The notes under the pieces were generated by a model. It did no database searches, had not been told where the DNA came from, and worked only from the letters and a program-made list of their open reading frames with translations. From positions 304,938 to 368,937 of the forward strand of contig NW_005434668.1 of assembly GCF_000315625.1 (NCBI RefSeq): a stretch of 64,000 bases of DNA, in the 5' to 3' direction. This stretch comes from Guillardia theta CCMP2712. Taxonomy: Eukaryota > Protista > Cryptophyta. Both the position numbers and the translations under genes were made by a program. Numbering within the stretch: position 1 is the first letter of the stretch; the number at the start of each line of letters is the position of its first letter. This document shows positions 14,539 through 26,500 of this stretch, in pieces.

Positions 14539-15097
14539 TTAATTCCATTCTCGCTGCTGGTATCGATAGTCTGCAGCCGATGTAAGTTCCTGTCAGGAAT
14601 CTTTTGTTTCACACTCATACCCCTCAATGGCTTCGCCGTTTCGAAGTATTCAGGGTGTATTTCGTATAAGTCTTTGGCATCTGCGCATACAGACAAAGAA
14701 ATCGATGCCGTCACAAGGAAAAATATACACACACGTGTCTTGACCTTGATCATAGTAAGGTTCTCTTGGGTAGTTCGAGCGAATGATCTGCCATGTAGTG
14801 ACCGGTTTTGCTGCGGGGTCAAACCCAGCTCCAGCATTATACCATTGCTACAAAAGGATGGAACATTTAGTCTGAAAGACATGAACCAGCATGCTCTGAA
14901 GATCAAAAGAGGATGAAGAAATAAACCACCCTCGTTACCTGCCAGTTGTTCTTGGTGTCTACTGCTCCAGGAGCATCAACATCCAGAAGCGACGAACTCC
15001 TTTGTCCCAAATGGTTGATGCCTACGAGTGCGACTCCGAGTAGAAGCACACCAGCAAACAACGCCTTTCTCAACGCTTGAGTGGACATCATGCTCAT
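14539..15097 (-). CDS. Small signal-anchored/secreted hypothetical protein, several short introns
   Basis: Hydrophobic N-terminus (ALFAGVLLLGVALVGI). GT-AG splicing gives ...KNNWQ/SML/QWYNAGAGFDPAAKPVTTWQIIRSNYPREPYYDQ/DAKDLYEIHPEYFETAKPLR/DYRYQQREWN*. Confidence 0.5.
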
Positions 15098-15384
15098 GGT
15101 TCCACCCTGTGTCCATAGATTTTGGTAAGTTTTCGATTTCTATGAACCACCCTCCTTGCTCCCCCTCCTTTCACCCCAACCCCTATCCGCAATCCATCCT
15201 CTCCTTCTGTCCCTCTCCTTCTGATCTCCCTGCTTGACACATCTTCGATGTCTCTCCCTCCAGTTTCCCCTTCTTCTCCTCGCACCATTGTTGCTCATGC
15301 CTCTTCTCGCAGTTCAGGCTGTCCCCCGTCCCCCATCTGACCAGTCCCTTTGTTGGTGCCCCCGTTGGTGCCCAGCCTCCGGTT

Positions 15385-15840
15385 TTAAGTTACGGCAGTC
15401 CTGGCACGGTGACCGTCGTACCGGGCCGGGCGCGGCTGCGGCGCGCCGCGGCGGCTGGCAACCCGGGCCCGGGGCCAGGACCCTGCAGTATCGGCAGCGC
15501 AAAAAGGCTTTCCACTCCCAGAGCAAGCTTCAAATTGGTTTCAAATCACTGATTCTCAAGTGCCCGCGGCCAGGCCGGGCGCGGCACTGAGTTGCGGCAG
15601 TGGGCCGGGCGGCCCGCGGGGCCGGGCCGGGTGCCAGACTCGCCGGCAGTGCCTGCGCCATCACCTTCAAGCGGCGTGTGAGATCAGAGCACTGATACCT
15701 TGCAACCTCGAGCTCGCTTGTAAGTCGAGGAACATCTTCCTTTCTATCTGGGCCACTTCGGATTTCTGCCGCACTGATTCGCCGGACTGCCCGGCCCGGC
15801 CGGCCCGGGAGGAGCGGCGCGGCGTGACGGCCAACTTTGA
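15385..15840. promoter_or_regulatory. GC-rich palindromic patch
   Basis: ccgggccggg, ggcccgcggggccggg and similar words, bounded by aagtt/aactt. Confidence 0.4.
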
Positions 15841-15899
15841 AGTAGGGTTAGAGGTGTTGCTGCCTTTTCCTTTTCATAGTTATTTGGTGAGGCGGGTTT

Positions 15900-16720
15900 G
15901 TTTCTTCACCTTTTCCCCCATCCTTCGTTTGCTCCGCTTGCCTTTTCAATTTAAGTAATTAAATGTATGAAATACAATTTACTTTTATTTTTAAAAACAA
16001 TGTCATTCATTGAAAAACTTCTTTTTGGGATCCTTTCCACGTGGCAATATGTGATATCAAGATGGGTGTCTATTTTCATTATTTGGTGAGTCATGTTGGA
16101 CTATTTCAATAATGTTCTAATTATTTCAGCGGTCTCATATTTGGGTGTTTTGAAATAATTATTTCTTGACTGTTTTGTGACAGTCAACGAGAATTTCTCC
16201 AACAAGTCATCGGAGTACCTTTGAAAATACTTATTGAAGTCTAAAACCACTTTTAAGGCAATTTTTTCCTCCGCCAGCAAACCCCTCTAAATAAACATTC
16301 TACGAGAATCATTATTCTAAAACATAATAAAACAATAACTCATATTGCTTGTACTGGTATTCAGTGAAATTTATTGTTCGATGCATATTTTTATTGTTTA
16401 TGTATTGTTGGTCCGACGACTAGAAAGTAGAACCCAAAAAAACAAAATATATTACAATAGAAATCACAGTAAAATTCGGTCAAGTGCCTCACTCCATTAG
16501 CTGAGGACAATATTTTGTGGGAGAAAAACTGATTTTCTAATGGTATGTTTACTGCCAACTGTCGTACTAAAAATGAACTTTTACTACGAGTCATAAATTT
16601 CAACAAGAAGATGTCACGTGAACCAATTGTTTTCTGCAAGTTAAATTGATAACCGACAATAAAATCGGAAGGATTATTGTTAGAAGTTAGAGTTGAGGAA
16701 AACTCTGTTGGCATGGCCGT
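15900..16720 (-). other. AT-rich island with fragmentary, possibly spliced minus-strand ORFs
   Basis: Visibly much lower GC than the flanks. Contains the 107-aa ORF 16391-16714 and a further open stretch GLLAEEKIALKVVLDFNKYFQRYSDDLLEKF...LLK*. Confidence 0.4.
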
Positions 16721-17403
16721 TCGACCCGGTTCAATCGGCCCCTTATTCTATTACAAGTTGGCAAGCAGCCCCCTTTCCTAGGAGGTTGACCCTTCTGAGG
16801 ACACACCATATAGACTATTACCTATTGGCGCTGATGAATTTATTTCTATAGGTGTTGGGGGGTGTTAAAGCAGGGGTTTTCCATAGGTGTCTGACTTGCC
16901 AATCCCAAACCTTTTCCTCCAGAGCCTCCTTTGCATCTCCTGCGATGGCAATGATGGCACGATTTGAGCGTTATTGTCACCTTTCCTTTCTCGCCCTGGC
17001 TCTCTCTCTCTCTCCCTCACTCTCATCAAGTTATACTTCGCTCAATGCCATGCCCATTTCCACTTACTTCATGGTGCTGGTATTATTGACGTCCCCGATT
17101 TTTCCCCCTGTTTCTCCAGTTTGATTCCGCTGATTTGAACAGCCTTGTTTATCTCTGTCTACCTCAAACAAATTTCTACTGCAAAGATCGTCATTCTCTT
17201 ACACTGTTGTTGTGATGCTTTCCTACATCATGTTCAACTCCTGTTGATTCCTATCATCATGATTCAGGTCGTTGATTGTTGAATTTTGCGAGGTTTCACG
17301 ATTTTTGGTGTTTGGCCCTCTCTGTTGAACTCCTGTGACGTTGAATGAGCTAGATAGGATACCGGGCTGGGCAGTCTATTGGTACCAGAAGATTGCCTCC
17401 AAG

Positions 17404-18921
17404 ATGGCAAGGGGAGGCAGTGTGTTGATGTCTCCAAGAAAAACCCGTGGGAAGAGTCCAGTTCCCCGGAAGAGGACACCGAGGTCCTCGCCTTCTCCTC
17501 GAGCATTATCTCCCCCGTAAGTTGCATTCGGGAACTTTCTGTGATGTGAGTGAGCGGCTGTGCTAGGGCATCAAGGACTCGGTCGAGAATACAGACCGAA
17601 GAAGAGCAGCAATTCCATCCCGACACTCTACGGGAGAAGTTGGAATACGAAAGAGCAACGAACCAGGTGCTGAGGTCTGAGATTCAGGTGCTGGTTTGTC
17701 CTTGTGCTCGCAACAAGTCTTATCTTCTGTCTTTCAGGCTCTTAAGCACAAGAACAGACATCTACGACAAGTGAGTAGCGGATGTTAGCCGACGAATCGA
17801 CTAATCCTGGAGACGCAGCGCCTGAAGGCGATGCATTGCATACTCGACATGGAGCCTCAGGAGGCGGCGACACGACCTCTCGCTTCTCCTGTTAGAGAAA
17901 ATCAATGATGTGTCGCTATGCTGAAGGGTTTTCAGGGTCCAAGGAGGAGAAAGCGTGACATAGCAAGGCCATACGTGGAGAAGGTAGACAGTATTTCGAT
18001 CTCCCTCTGTTTAGCCTCACCCTGTGCATTCAATTCCAGGGTCTCATGAGCGGGACGATCTACATGTTGGGAGAGGTTTCCACCAAGTCATTCCACTTGA
18101 CCAGACAATTCATGTTTGGATTTAGGCAATATCATGTGGGTTGTTCTACCACCCTCAATTAGGGAGGGGCATATACTTAGACGCCTTCTTCCATTACTCG
18201 GTAACGCTAGGCGAGGATTTCTAGACACTCATTCTAATCTAATGAAGGTATTACATTCCACGTTGGTGGGAATGTTTGCCAACGGCCCGCTCCTGCACAT
18301 GTTCTTTGAAGTAATGATCTCTCTTGCAGTTTTACAATATTAACTTTTACTGCTTACAGGTTGTAGACTATCTTGTATGTTTTGAATCAAATCTAGCGAA
18401 CATCGTTTGTAAAGTTTTCTTGGATCAGGTTTCTTCTTTTCAGAAGCATTGGATTTCCTGACTTGAATCCTTGTAGGTGGTGTGGGGTTGCCTTTGGAAC
18501 TTCTCTTACATCTTCCTCATGAATTTGGCGACAGACAGCCCTGGTAAGAAAGACTGCTAAATCGGAAAGCCTTACAGTCTGCATAGGCTTTGGATACATT
18601 GGGGAAGGGTTGGGCATGGACTTGCACCACGATCTTGCTAAGGTCATCATCAATGCAGAAGGAACTTGGCAGCTTACCAGGAATGTTGTAGGGATTTACA
18701 TCGGCTTTCAAGAAAGCGATCTACTGGAAAGTTCATGTTGAGTTGCTCCAACAGGGGCTCAAGGTGAGAAACTCTAGAATGGTGACATGATTCTCGTCAT
18801 GGTGTCGCAGATGCTTCCGATGGACATCATCTGCTACTCCGTGATCCCTCTGAGATTAAGGGCCTTGTGGACGGCGTGTGTAGATGTGTCGTGGGTTACC
18901 ATTCTCAGCCGCTACGATTGA
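17404..18921 (+). CDS. Mpv17/PMP22 family membrane protein with an N-terminal coiled-coil extension (start uncertain)
   Basis: GLMSGTIYMLGE, GMFANGPLLHMFFE and C-terminal ICYSVIPLRLRALWTACVDVSWVTILSRYD*, typical of plant/algal Mpv17/PMP22 proteins. Confidence 0.75.
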
Positions 18922-19034
18922 TTTGCGTGCAAGCTGGGGATGCATAGGGACGAGGTTCTTTCTTCGAGTCCTACATTTACAAGATGCTACATCTTCTTTG
19001 GTAAACTTAGTATTCACTGAGGGATCTGTACAGC

Positions 19035-19867
19035 CTACTTTGTATCTTTTCGGTCTTCGTGACCGCTGTACATCCTCCCTAACTGCACGGGAGGTAGGAA
19101 GATATGGAAAGAGCGAGACAGGGATAGTCAGCGACAAAGAGGAAAGAGAGGGAGACGCAAGGAGCGATGGAAGGATGGAGGCGAGAAGCAGAAATTTTAG
19201 GAGGTAGTAACAGAAATAGTGAGATATTCTGTCATGAAATCTGGGCAATATGAAGCAATGAGTTGGAAACACTGTTTCAATGCGCAGCATCGTTACCTTG
19301 GACTTGTTCACTTGGAGCTCCCTGGACGGTCGAACATTCTCCCCCTGTTCCTTGTACGCGTATCGTTTCTCTGCAGCAAGCTGCTGCTGCACATCATCCC
19401 AATCTTGCAAGTTCTGGGCAGTCAAGGTGAGCAGTGAAGCACGACAGCGAGCCCTTAAGAGGTACCTCGAAGTTCTTGGATTGCTCTTCCAGCATGTTCT
19501 CTTCGACTGGCATCCTCTTCGTTTTCCTGCCTCCCCTCCCCGCGATTCTTCGTCGATCAGAGCGACTCCCGTTACCCTCCAGGACCATCAAGGCAGCCAC
19601 GTAGCTCAGGATCATGAGGAAAATGCACAGGAGGAAGCAAACGATGATCCACCTCAGTGGCAAGGACAAGTACAACCACCTGAACTTGAAGTCAGATCCC
19701 AACGTTCTTCATCCCTGTCTCCCTGGCCTGACCCTTCCTTCCTCTCTTGCTCGAGTAGCTTATTCCTGACCTCGTCCTTCCGTCTTTGGTCTTACTCTCC
19801 CCCTCCTCCCTACCTCCTTCCCCCTCCTGCAGTCTCCAGCTCTCCCGGCTCACCATGCTCCGACCAT
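19035..19867 (-). CDS. Small single-pass membrane hypothetical protein
   Basis: Spliced model: MVGAW/WLYLSLPLRWIIVCFLLCIFLMILSYVAALMVL...KNFE/NLQDWDDVQQQLAAEKR...NKSK/LGRMYSGHEDRKDTK*. Confidence 0.5.
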
Positions 19868-20071
19868 GCCTTGCACCGCCTCAGAGGAAATTTCTTTCAG
19901 AGGATAATACTAGAGCACCGGGCGAAGAAGCTTTCCCGGAGGAACTTCAGAACGAGGCAGCAAGAGGAGGAGGGGAGGATGAAGTCTAGAGTGTCATGTG
20001 ATGTATTACACAGCGAGCTCACAACGAGGAAGAGCAACGGGAGGAGAGTAGCAGCAGCAGCAGCAAGCCCT

Positions 20072-21296
20072 TCAGAGCTTCGACCGCGCAATGGTGTCGG
20101 CGTCCTTGTTGAGGAAAGCGAGGGCAGTGTCGCGCTCTTGCTTCAGCTCGTTCATCGTCTCATCCATCATCTTTCTCGAGAACTGATCGACCTTCAAGTT
20201 CTGCACGATGGTGTACTTGCCCGCTGAGCAGACGACAGGAAAGGAGTAGATCAACCCTTTCTCGATCCCGTAGCTCCCGTCAGAGGGCACCGCCATGGAG
20301 ACAGTCTTGCCGTTCGATCCCACGACCCAGTCGTGCATATGATCTGAGATCGCCTTTGCGGCAGACATGGCAGACGACAGCTTGCGGGCGTTGATGATCG
20401 CAGCTCCCCTCTGCTGCACAACCTTGATGAACTCTCCGTGGAGGTACCCGGGGTTTTGGATCACGTCACCAACCTTCTGTTTGCCTTGCGCAGTCGCGAC
20501 GACCGAGTTGGAGACGTCGGGATACTGAGTGGAGGAGTGATTCCCCCAGATGGTGCAGTTCTCTACCGCAGAGCTTGGAACCTTGAGCCTCATAGCAATC
20601 TGAGACTGTGCTCTGTTATGGTCCAGACGGGTCAGGGCCGTGAAGTTTTCCTTAGGAATGGAGGGAGCGCACTGCTGGGCAACAAGTGCATTCGTGTTTG
20701 CAGGATTTCCGACCTGAAGACAGCAAAAATAATGTCAGCAACACATCCGTTTCAGGAACGACGTTTCATACCACAACCACCTTGACGTTCTTTGAGGCAA
20801 CCTCGTTCAACAATCTGCCTTGTTCCTTGAAGATGTTGCAGTTCTTTGCCAGGAGATCCTTTCTTTCCATCCCTGGTCCACGGGGAAATGCACCGAGCAT
20901 GATACAGGCATCGATCCCAGTGAAGGCCACGTTCGCATCGGAGGTTACCACCACTTCCTCTAGCAAGTCAAACCCGCAATCTTCAAGCTCCATCTTCACA
21001 CCCATGAGCGCCTGCCATGCATCTCACTTCGTAGCCTTAACTTCATTCTCCCATCGCCACCAGATCTCGTGTATCCTCAACTCAATCCACAAAATCACCC
21101 CTCCCGTCTCCCAGCCTCCTTTTCTCCTTAGCCTCGTTCTGCAAACATTGGCGCTCACCTGTTGAGCTCTTGGGATGTCCAGGAGGTGGAGAATGATCTT
21201 CGTAGACGGTCCGAACGTTCTCCCAGAGCAGATGTGGGGGAGGAGAGCATAGCCGATCTGGCCTGCCGCTCCCGTGACGCACACCCGCATCACCAT
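20072..21296 (-). CDS. MDH1: Malate dehydrogenase, cytosolic (MDH1) type, with C-terminal PTS1 (-SKL); 3 exons
   Basis: [77 protein letters not shown]; ends ...[10 protein letters not shown]. Confidence 0.95.
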
Positions 21297-21929
21297 TGCA
21301 CGCGGTTGCGCCTTCTGCCTTCCCTTTTTTCCTTCTACCCTACCCCACCTCCCAAACTCCTAATAAGAGTCACCCAGTGTAAACGTACCCCACCCCACTT
21401 CTGTCCACCCCCGAGGTACAAATGCACCCCCCATTTTGACATACTACACTGAGGTACCCCTGTGATCGTTGTAATACCTACCCGTACTTTATACTATCGG
21501 ACGATCCCCATCTCGAGATCACCCGTTGAAGTGGAAGTCCTGGGGTAGGGTGAGTCATACCCCTCGTTGACCGGATTGTTCGCTATCCAAGTACCGGTCG
21601 CACTACTACCCCTCGTATCCTCCTAAATGGCACCGGTGTTGGCGTTCGGGCAGGCAAGGCGCCAAGACTAGGGCCGGTATGGCGCTACTGTAGCTGGGAC
21701 ACACGGCGATGCTGCGAGGGATGCTGAGGAGGAGAAAAGGAGTTGGAGGAGGAGAAAAGGAGAGTTGATAGAAACGAGAGACGACAGATGCACATGCAGA
21801 TCTTAGAGCAGGCGAAAATGACCCGGACTGGTCCTGGCACTTTACCCGAGAAACAAGTTTGAATTTTCTTCGATTCGGAAGTCTTGCACACTGTGATAAG
21901 CAGCGGCGGCTGATCACTGAGGATCATGC

Positions 21930-23511
21930 ATGATAAAATCGTACCTGATGGAGAATCATACTGGCCAAAGTCGCCATTTACATGTGAAGATATCTTCACA
22001 GCCCCCGACGAGGCTGCACCGGGCTTCCTTTCCCCTCAATCGCGCAAGATCAAGGGAGCTGAGTCAAGAAGGTGAGAGAACGCGGACGATGTGTTTTCCT
22101 TCATGCATGATAACTTGAATACTCTCTGTGTGCGTGCTTCTTCTTGGATGTCACTCTCATCTGGGGTCGTGACTTGACCTGTCTTTACAGCTTCAACTCC
22201 CCAGACACCTTGTTCTGCCGATGGTCTCCGCAGTATGTCCCTAGGATCACATCGGATGAAAACATCGTGACTTCTGTCGAACAATCTTTTGCCAGCTCCA
22301 TCAGCTATGATGAAAGCTTGCGCGCCTACAACGACAAGGCGCATCATTTCACATTGCTGAATGTAGATCCTCCCAACTTCATCACAGAGCAGATCAGCAC
22401 AAACATGGGCAACCTGCAGTCTTCGTACACTTCAGTCGTGAAACCTCTCATTTCGCATCAAGTTCCATGTAATCTCTTTGCCGTCTGCTCGATCTTGTGT
22501 GCTGATCTTGATTCAGGTGTGAAGATCGAGTTGAGATTCGGAAAGAATTTGTCCTCCCCAGAAGTTGGACGGACGCCTAGTTCGTTTTGTAGGATTTCTC
22601 TTCACAATCTTGCAGGTTCAGAGATGGAGGAAAACAAACAAAAGAGTTCAGCCCTGCGCATTCACGACTTGAGGCCGCAGATTACGAGTGAGGTAGTGTA
22701 CAATGACTGCAACCCATCGTGGTGGGAGAGATTCTATGTCTGGAAGGCTTATGCATGTAAGATAGTACAAGAAGGAGAGCATGAGGTGGAACACGTCGAC
22801 GAGGAAGATCTGGATGATGATGACAAGGTTGGGGTGTTATTTAGTGTGCACGACAACACATCTCGATGGAAAGACGCCATCGGTTACGTCATGGTTCCCA
22901 TAACTCGCGGGCAAACGATCTGCGAATCATTTTCTTTGCGTACGAGGGAGGGAAGACTTGTCAAGGATCCTCAGGGAAGATCGGTGAGCATACACGCCAA
23001 GGTCATGTTTGCAGCGGAAGCGCTGGACCCTTCGGTCAGGCAAGCGAGTCACGTCTTGGACAATGATGTCCCGGTGGTAAGCAACAGCGACGACCAAACG
23101 ATACAGACCCTACAGGCCTGCGTTCGCCGACAGCTGGTGTTGGATTGGTATCGATCCTTCCAAAAGCTGAAATTCTTGGGAGAAGCCAAGAAGAGGGTGA
23201 GAGATCACTCGGGGCCAGTGAAGGAATACTGCGGCAACTCAGAGCCTTCGGGCTCTACATTCAACTCCTCATCCTCCACAGCCACGAACCTGCCCGGCCA
23301 TCGCCGGAAGGAAGACAGCTCTCATCGTAAGAGCATGCCAAAGACCTCGACGTCCGACGTGCAGGAGATTGCAAAGATAGAAGCCAAGGCATTTCAAGAT
23401 CTAGCTCGAGAGCTGGACGAGCGAGGATTCGCAGAGCGAGCGAGGATTTATCATTACATGGTAGGTCGACGAAAGAATATGGAAGATGGCAAAACCGACG
23501 GGCTGAGGTGA
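21930..23511 (+). CDS. C2-domain protein with an IQ-like motif (5' exons uncertain)
   Basis: SFCRISL...TSEVVYNDCNPSWWERF...LFSVHDNTSRWKDAIGYVMVPI (C2), and IQTLQACVRRQLVLDWYR (IQ-like). Confidence 0.6.
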
Positions 23512-23536
23512 TGAGATCTTCTAGCTGTAGATCAGC

Positions 23537-26500
23537 TCATTGCGAGCCAACTTGGACATAAACTTGTCGGGTTTTCGATACGATTACAATAGAGTACACC
23601 ACGGAGGTAACTGCACACACCAGGAGCTGCAAACAACCCGTCAAGGTCAGGGTGAAATAATCCAAGATGCTTACGAGGATCGCAAAGACGACGATCTTAC
23701 ACGTCCGTCTTGTCGAGGCGACAAAAGATTTCATCTCATCCTGCAGCCTCTGCAAGTCTCTTGTCTGGCCGGAGGTGAGAATCTTTGCTCGCCGGAGGAA
23801 GTGGAGTAGGCGATCGTCTTGGGAATAGGCGTTGGGGACGGAAGGAGGTAAAATCTCGCCTGCAGACTCCAACTCATATATAAAGCAATGAACGTCGAAA
23901 CTCGACAACACCTCCTACTCTTCGGATCTCTGCTTTGTGTCTCGCAAGCTCTTTCCACTTTCTCCCGTAGTAGAGAGCAATCTGAGCTGATGTCTTGTTT
24001 GACGTCTTGCTGCAATCACACGCATCAGAGAATTACAACCTCGAAGACAGGACGAACCTGAACAGAGCATCCATGGTTTGCTTCTGAATCTTCCTCCTTA
24101 TGAAGTTGATGTAGTAGATGATGGTGTAGTACAAGATGAGAATGGCGGCTGCCGGGATGATAACGGAGAGGTTGAAGGGGTTGGGGGGGCTGCAGGAGCT
24201 AGCAGACGACCTGCAGCAACGTGACTTGTCATGAGCACATGTCGACATACTCAGAGCTACTCACGTGTCTTCGGCAGCGCTCATAACTGCCTGGGCAAGT
24301 TCGTCGGTGAAGCCATTTTCTCTCAATGTCGCCAGGATCGAGTTGACACCATTTACCAGGTAAGTCGCCGCAAAGATTTCCTGGGTAGTTGACATGAGTC
24401 GAGGTGAAGTCTTGCTGGGATCTCACCCTTCCATACGAGCAGAACCTTGCCGAGAAGTACTTGTCCTGGAGAACAGGGGAGCCGGTGATTCTATAGGGAT
24501 TCCCACAGTTGGACTGCGCCAGTTTGTTCTCGATGAAGTACTAGATAGCAAGCTTGTGTCAGCAGGGCTGGCAGGAGAGCAAAACGGCTCACCGTCAGGA
24601 CGTCGACCTGAGGGAGCAGGAGGGCAGAGACCTGCGACCTCGTCAGCTCCTTCCGTCTCACACACAGTGTCACAGTTTTCTTGTCCAGCTTGTCGAAGCA
24701 GCTCTTCAGATCCGGGCAGTATGACGCTGTGAACTGATAAATCTGATCGAGCTCCACAAAATCTGTGGACTGGAGGACTCCAACCTGCAAGGAGAGCAAG
24801 TCAAAAGGATCATTCGGCTCAAGGTTTTGTCATCGAGCATTTCAGATCACGTACGGACAAGGAACGAGAGGTCAAAAGGAGTCAATTCAAATGTTACTAC
24901 GAGTGTCTCCATCGCTCTCACCGTGAAGCCCCCGATGGTGGTCACGTCACTGATTGAAGCCTCTGCACTCAAGACGTTGACGTTGGAGGAGATTTGACCC
25001 GCAAACACCCCAAAGACGATAATGCCAAAGAGCATCCAGACGGCTGTTATGGCTTTTCCTGCAGTACGAGTTTGATCAGCTGAAAGGAGGCTCGATGTCC
25101 ACGTCACCTAGCCCGGTCACAGGAACTTTGTCTCCATAACCGACAGTTGTCATCGTGACGATGCAGAACCAAGCGCCGTCGAGGACTCCCTGAGAAGAGG
25201 AGGAGCGAGGGCGATGTGAGAGATAGTGAAAGAGGCAAGGGAGGAGAGAGGAGAGGGGAAGATGGGAGAGGTTACATCACAGCATGCAAGCCGGGGCGAG
25301 AGGAAATGAGGATACAGACACGAGGAGGAGCTGCAGGGCCGCCAGCAACATGAACGCAGTAACAGGTTCTTCTTACTCTGGCGTACAACGGATTGAACTG
25401 CTCTGGATTCTCTTTCCTCTCCACCAGCCACAGCAGATGCCCGACGCCAATGAGGAGGAGGAAGAGGAAGCAAACGAAGTTGACGAATGCGGATGAATAG
25501 ACCCTGACGACCGTCTCTTGTCAGACTGCGTCCAAACTCTCTGACGTGTCTTACATGAAGATGACAGCAGACGCAAGGGAGATCGTGTCAGCGGTCGACC
25601 TGACGACAACGATGAAGCCATCGAGGCTGGGAGCTGTCACTGCAGTCATAGACATGCGGGGACAACAGAGTTGAGATGCCGAAGGAATCAGAGCAGGTGT
25701 AGTCATTGTCCAGCTGCACTTTCCCCTGTGGACAGACGAGGTTGTCAAGAACGCGCGTCATATTTGACATGTTCCTCCACACCTTCCACGATGCAAAGAG
25801 CGCCCCCTGCATCGTCCCGTAGTCCGTTGCTCCAGTGATGGGTGGTTTCAAGGAAGAGTACTCGACCGAGGGCTGGGAAGAAAGCAAGTCGGAATTAGAG
25901 ACGCAGCACGAGGGGGAGCAGGAACCTTTTGAACGACAGTTGACGACCATAGCAGTTGAGATGTAACTTCATTCCACGTTGCGATCATCAGGCTGCAGGT
26001 ATGCGTTTGAGGCGACGAAACACAATTGGGAAAACATGTCCGAGTTGAGCAAGACAAACAAGTCAGACAAGGCGAGCATGACAAGAAAGCAAAAATGAGG
26101 AAATTAGATGGAAGAAATCAGAGGTAACCCTTGCACTTATGAATAGAGAGGAGGGGAGCATGGAGCACTCAATGAAGTGACTGACTTTGGCTGCGTGTCG
26201 TTGAATGTGATCCATGGTTGGATGAGTTGAGCTGAGACAACAATGTTGCACCTTCAACGACATTGTGAGCAAAACATCAGTGAGCGAACATGTTCTTCAA
26301 TCTACCAGGCCGCCAGCGGAAACCTTACCAACAATCTCTGATATGCTTGTACACCTGAATACCATTCACAACCCTGCAGGAGATGCGAGTCCGCCCTTGA
26401 TACCTTGCAGTGCACATTCATGCAAGACAGTGTAATAGGTGTAATGGAGTTCGTCGACGACGTTTGTGATTTGACTCTTATGGCCATCGAAAGGGCCAAA

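Noticed and set aside
18856-18921. Apparent coding overlap between the Mpv17/PMP22 gene and the minus ORF 18856-19425
   Set aside because: Splicing the minus gene at gtaacg...gtgcag changes frame and stops at 19035, removing the overlap.
19280-20227. 315-aa plus-strand ORF
   Set aside because: Low-complexity shadow across two minus-strand genes and an intron; no domain signal.
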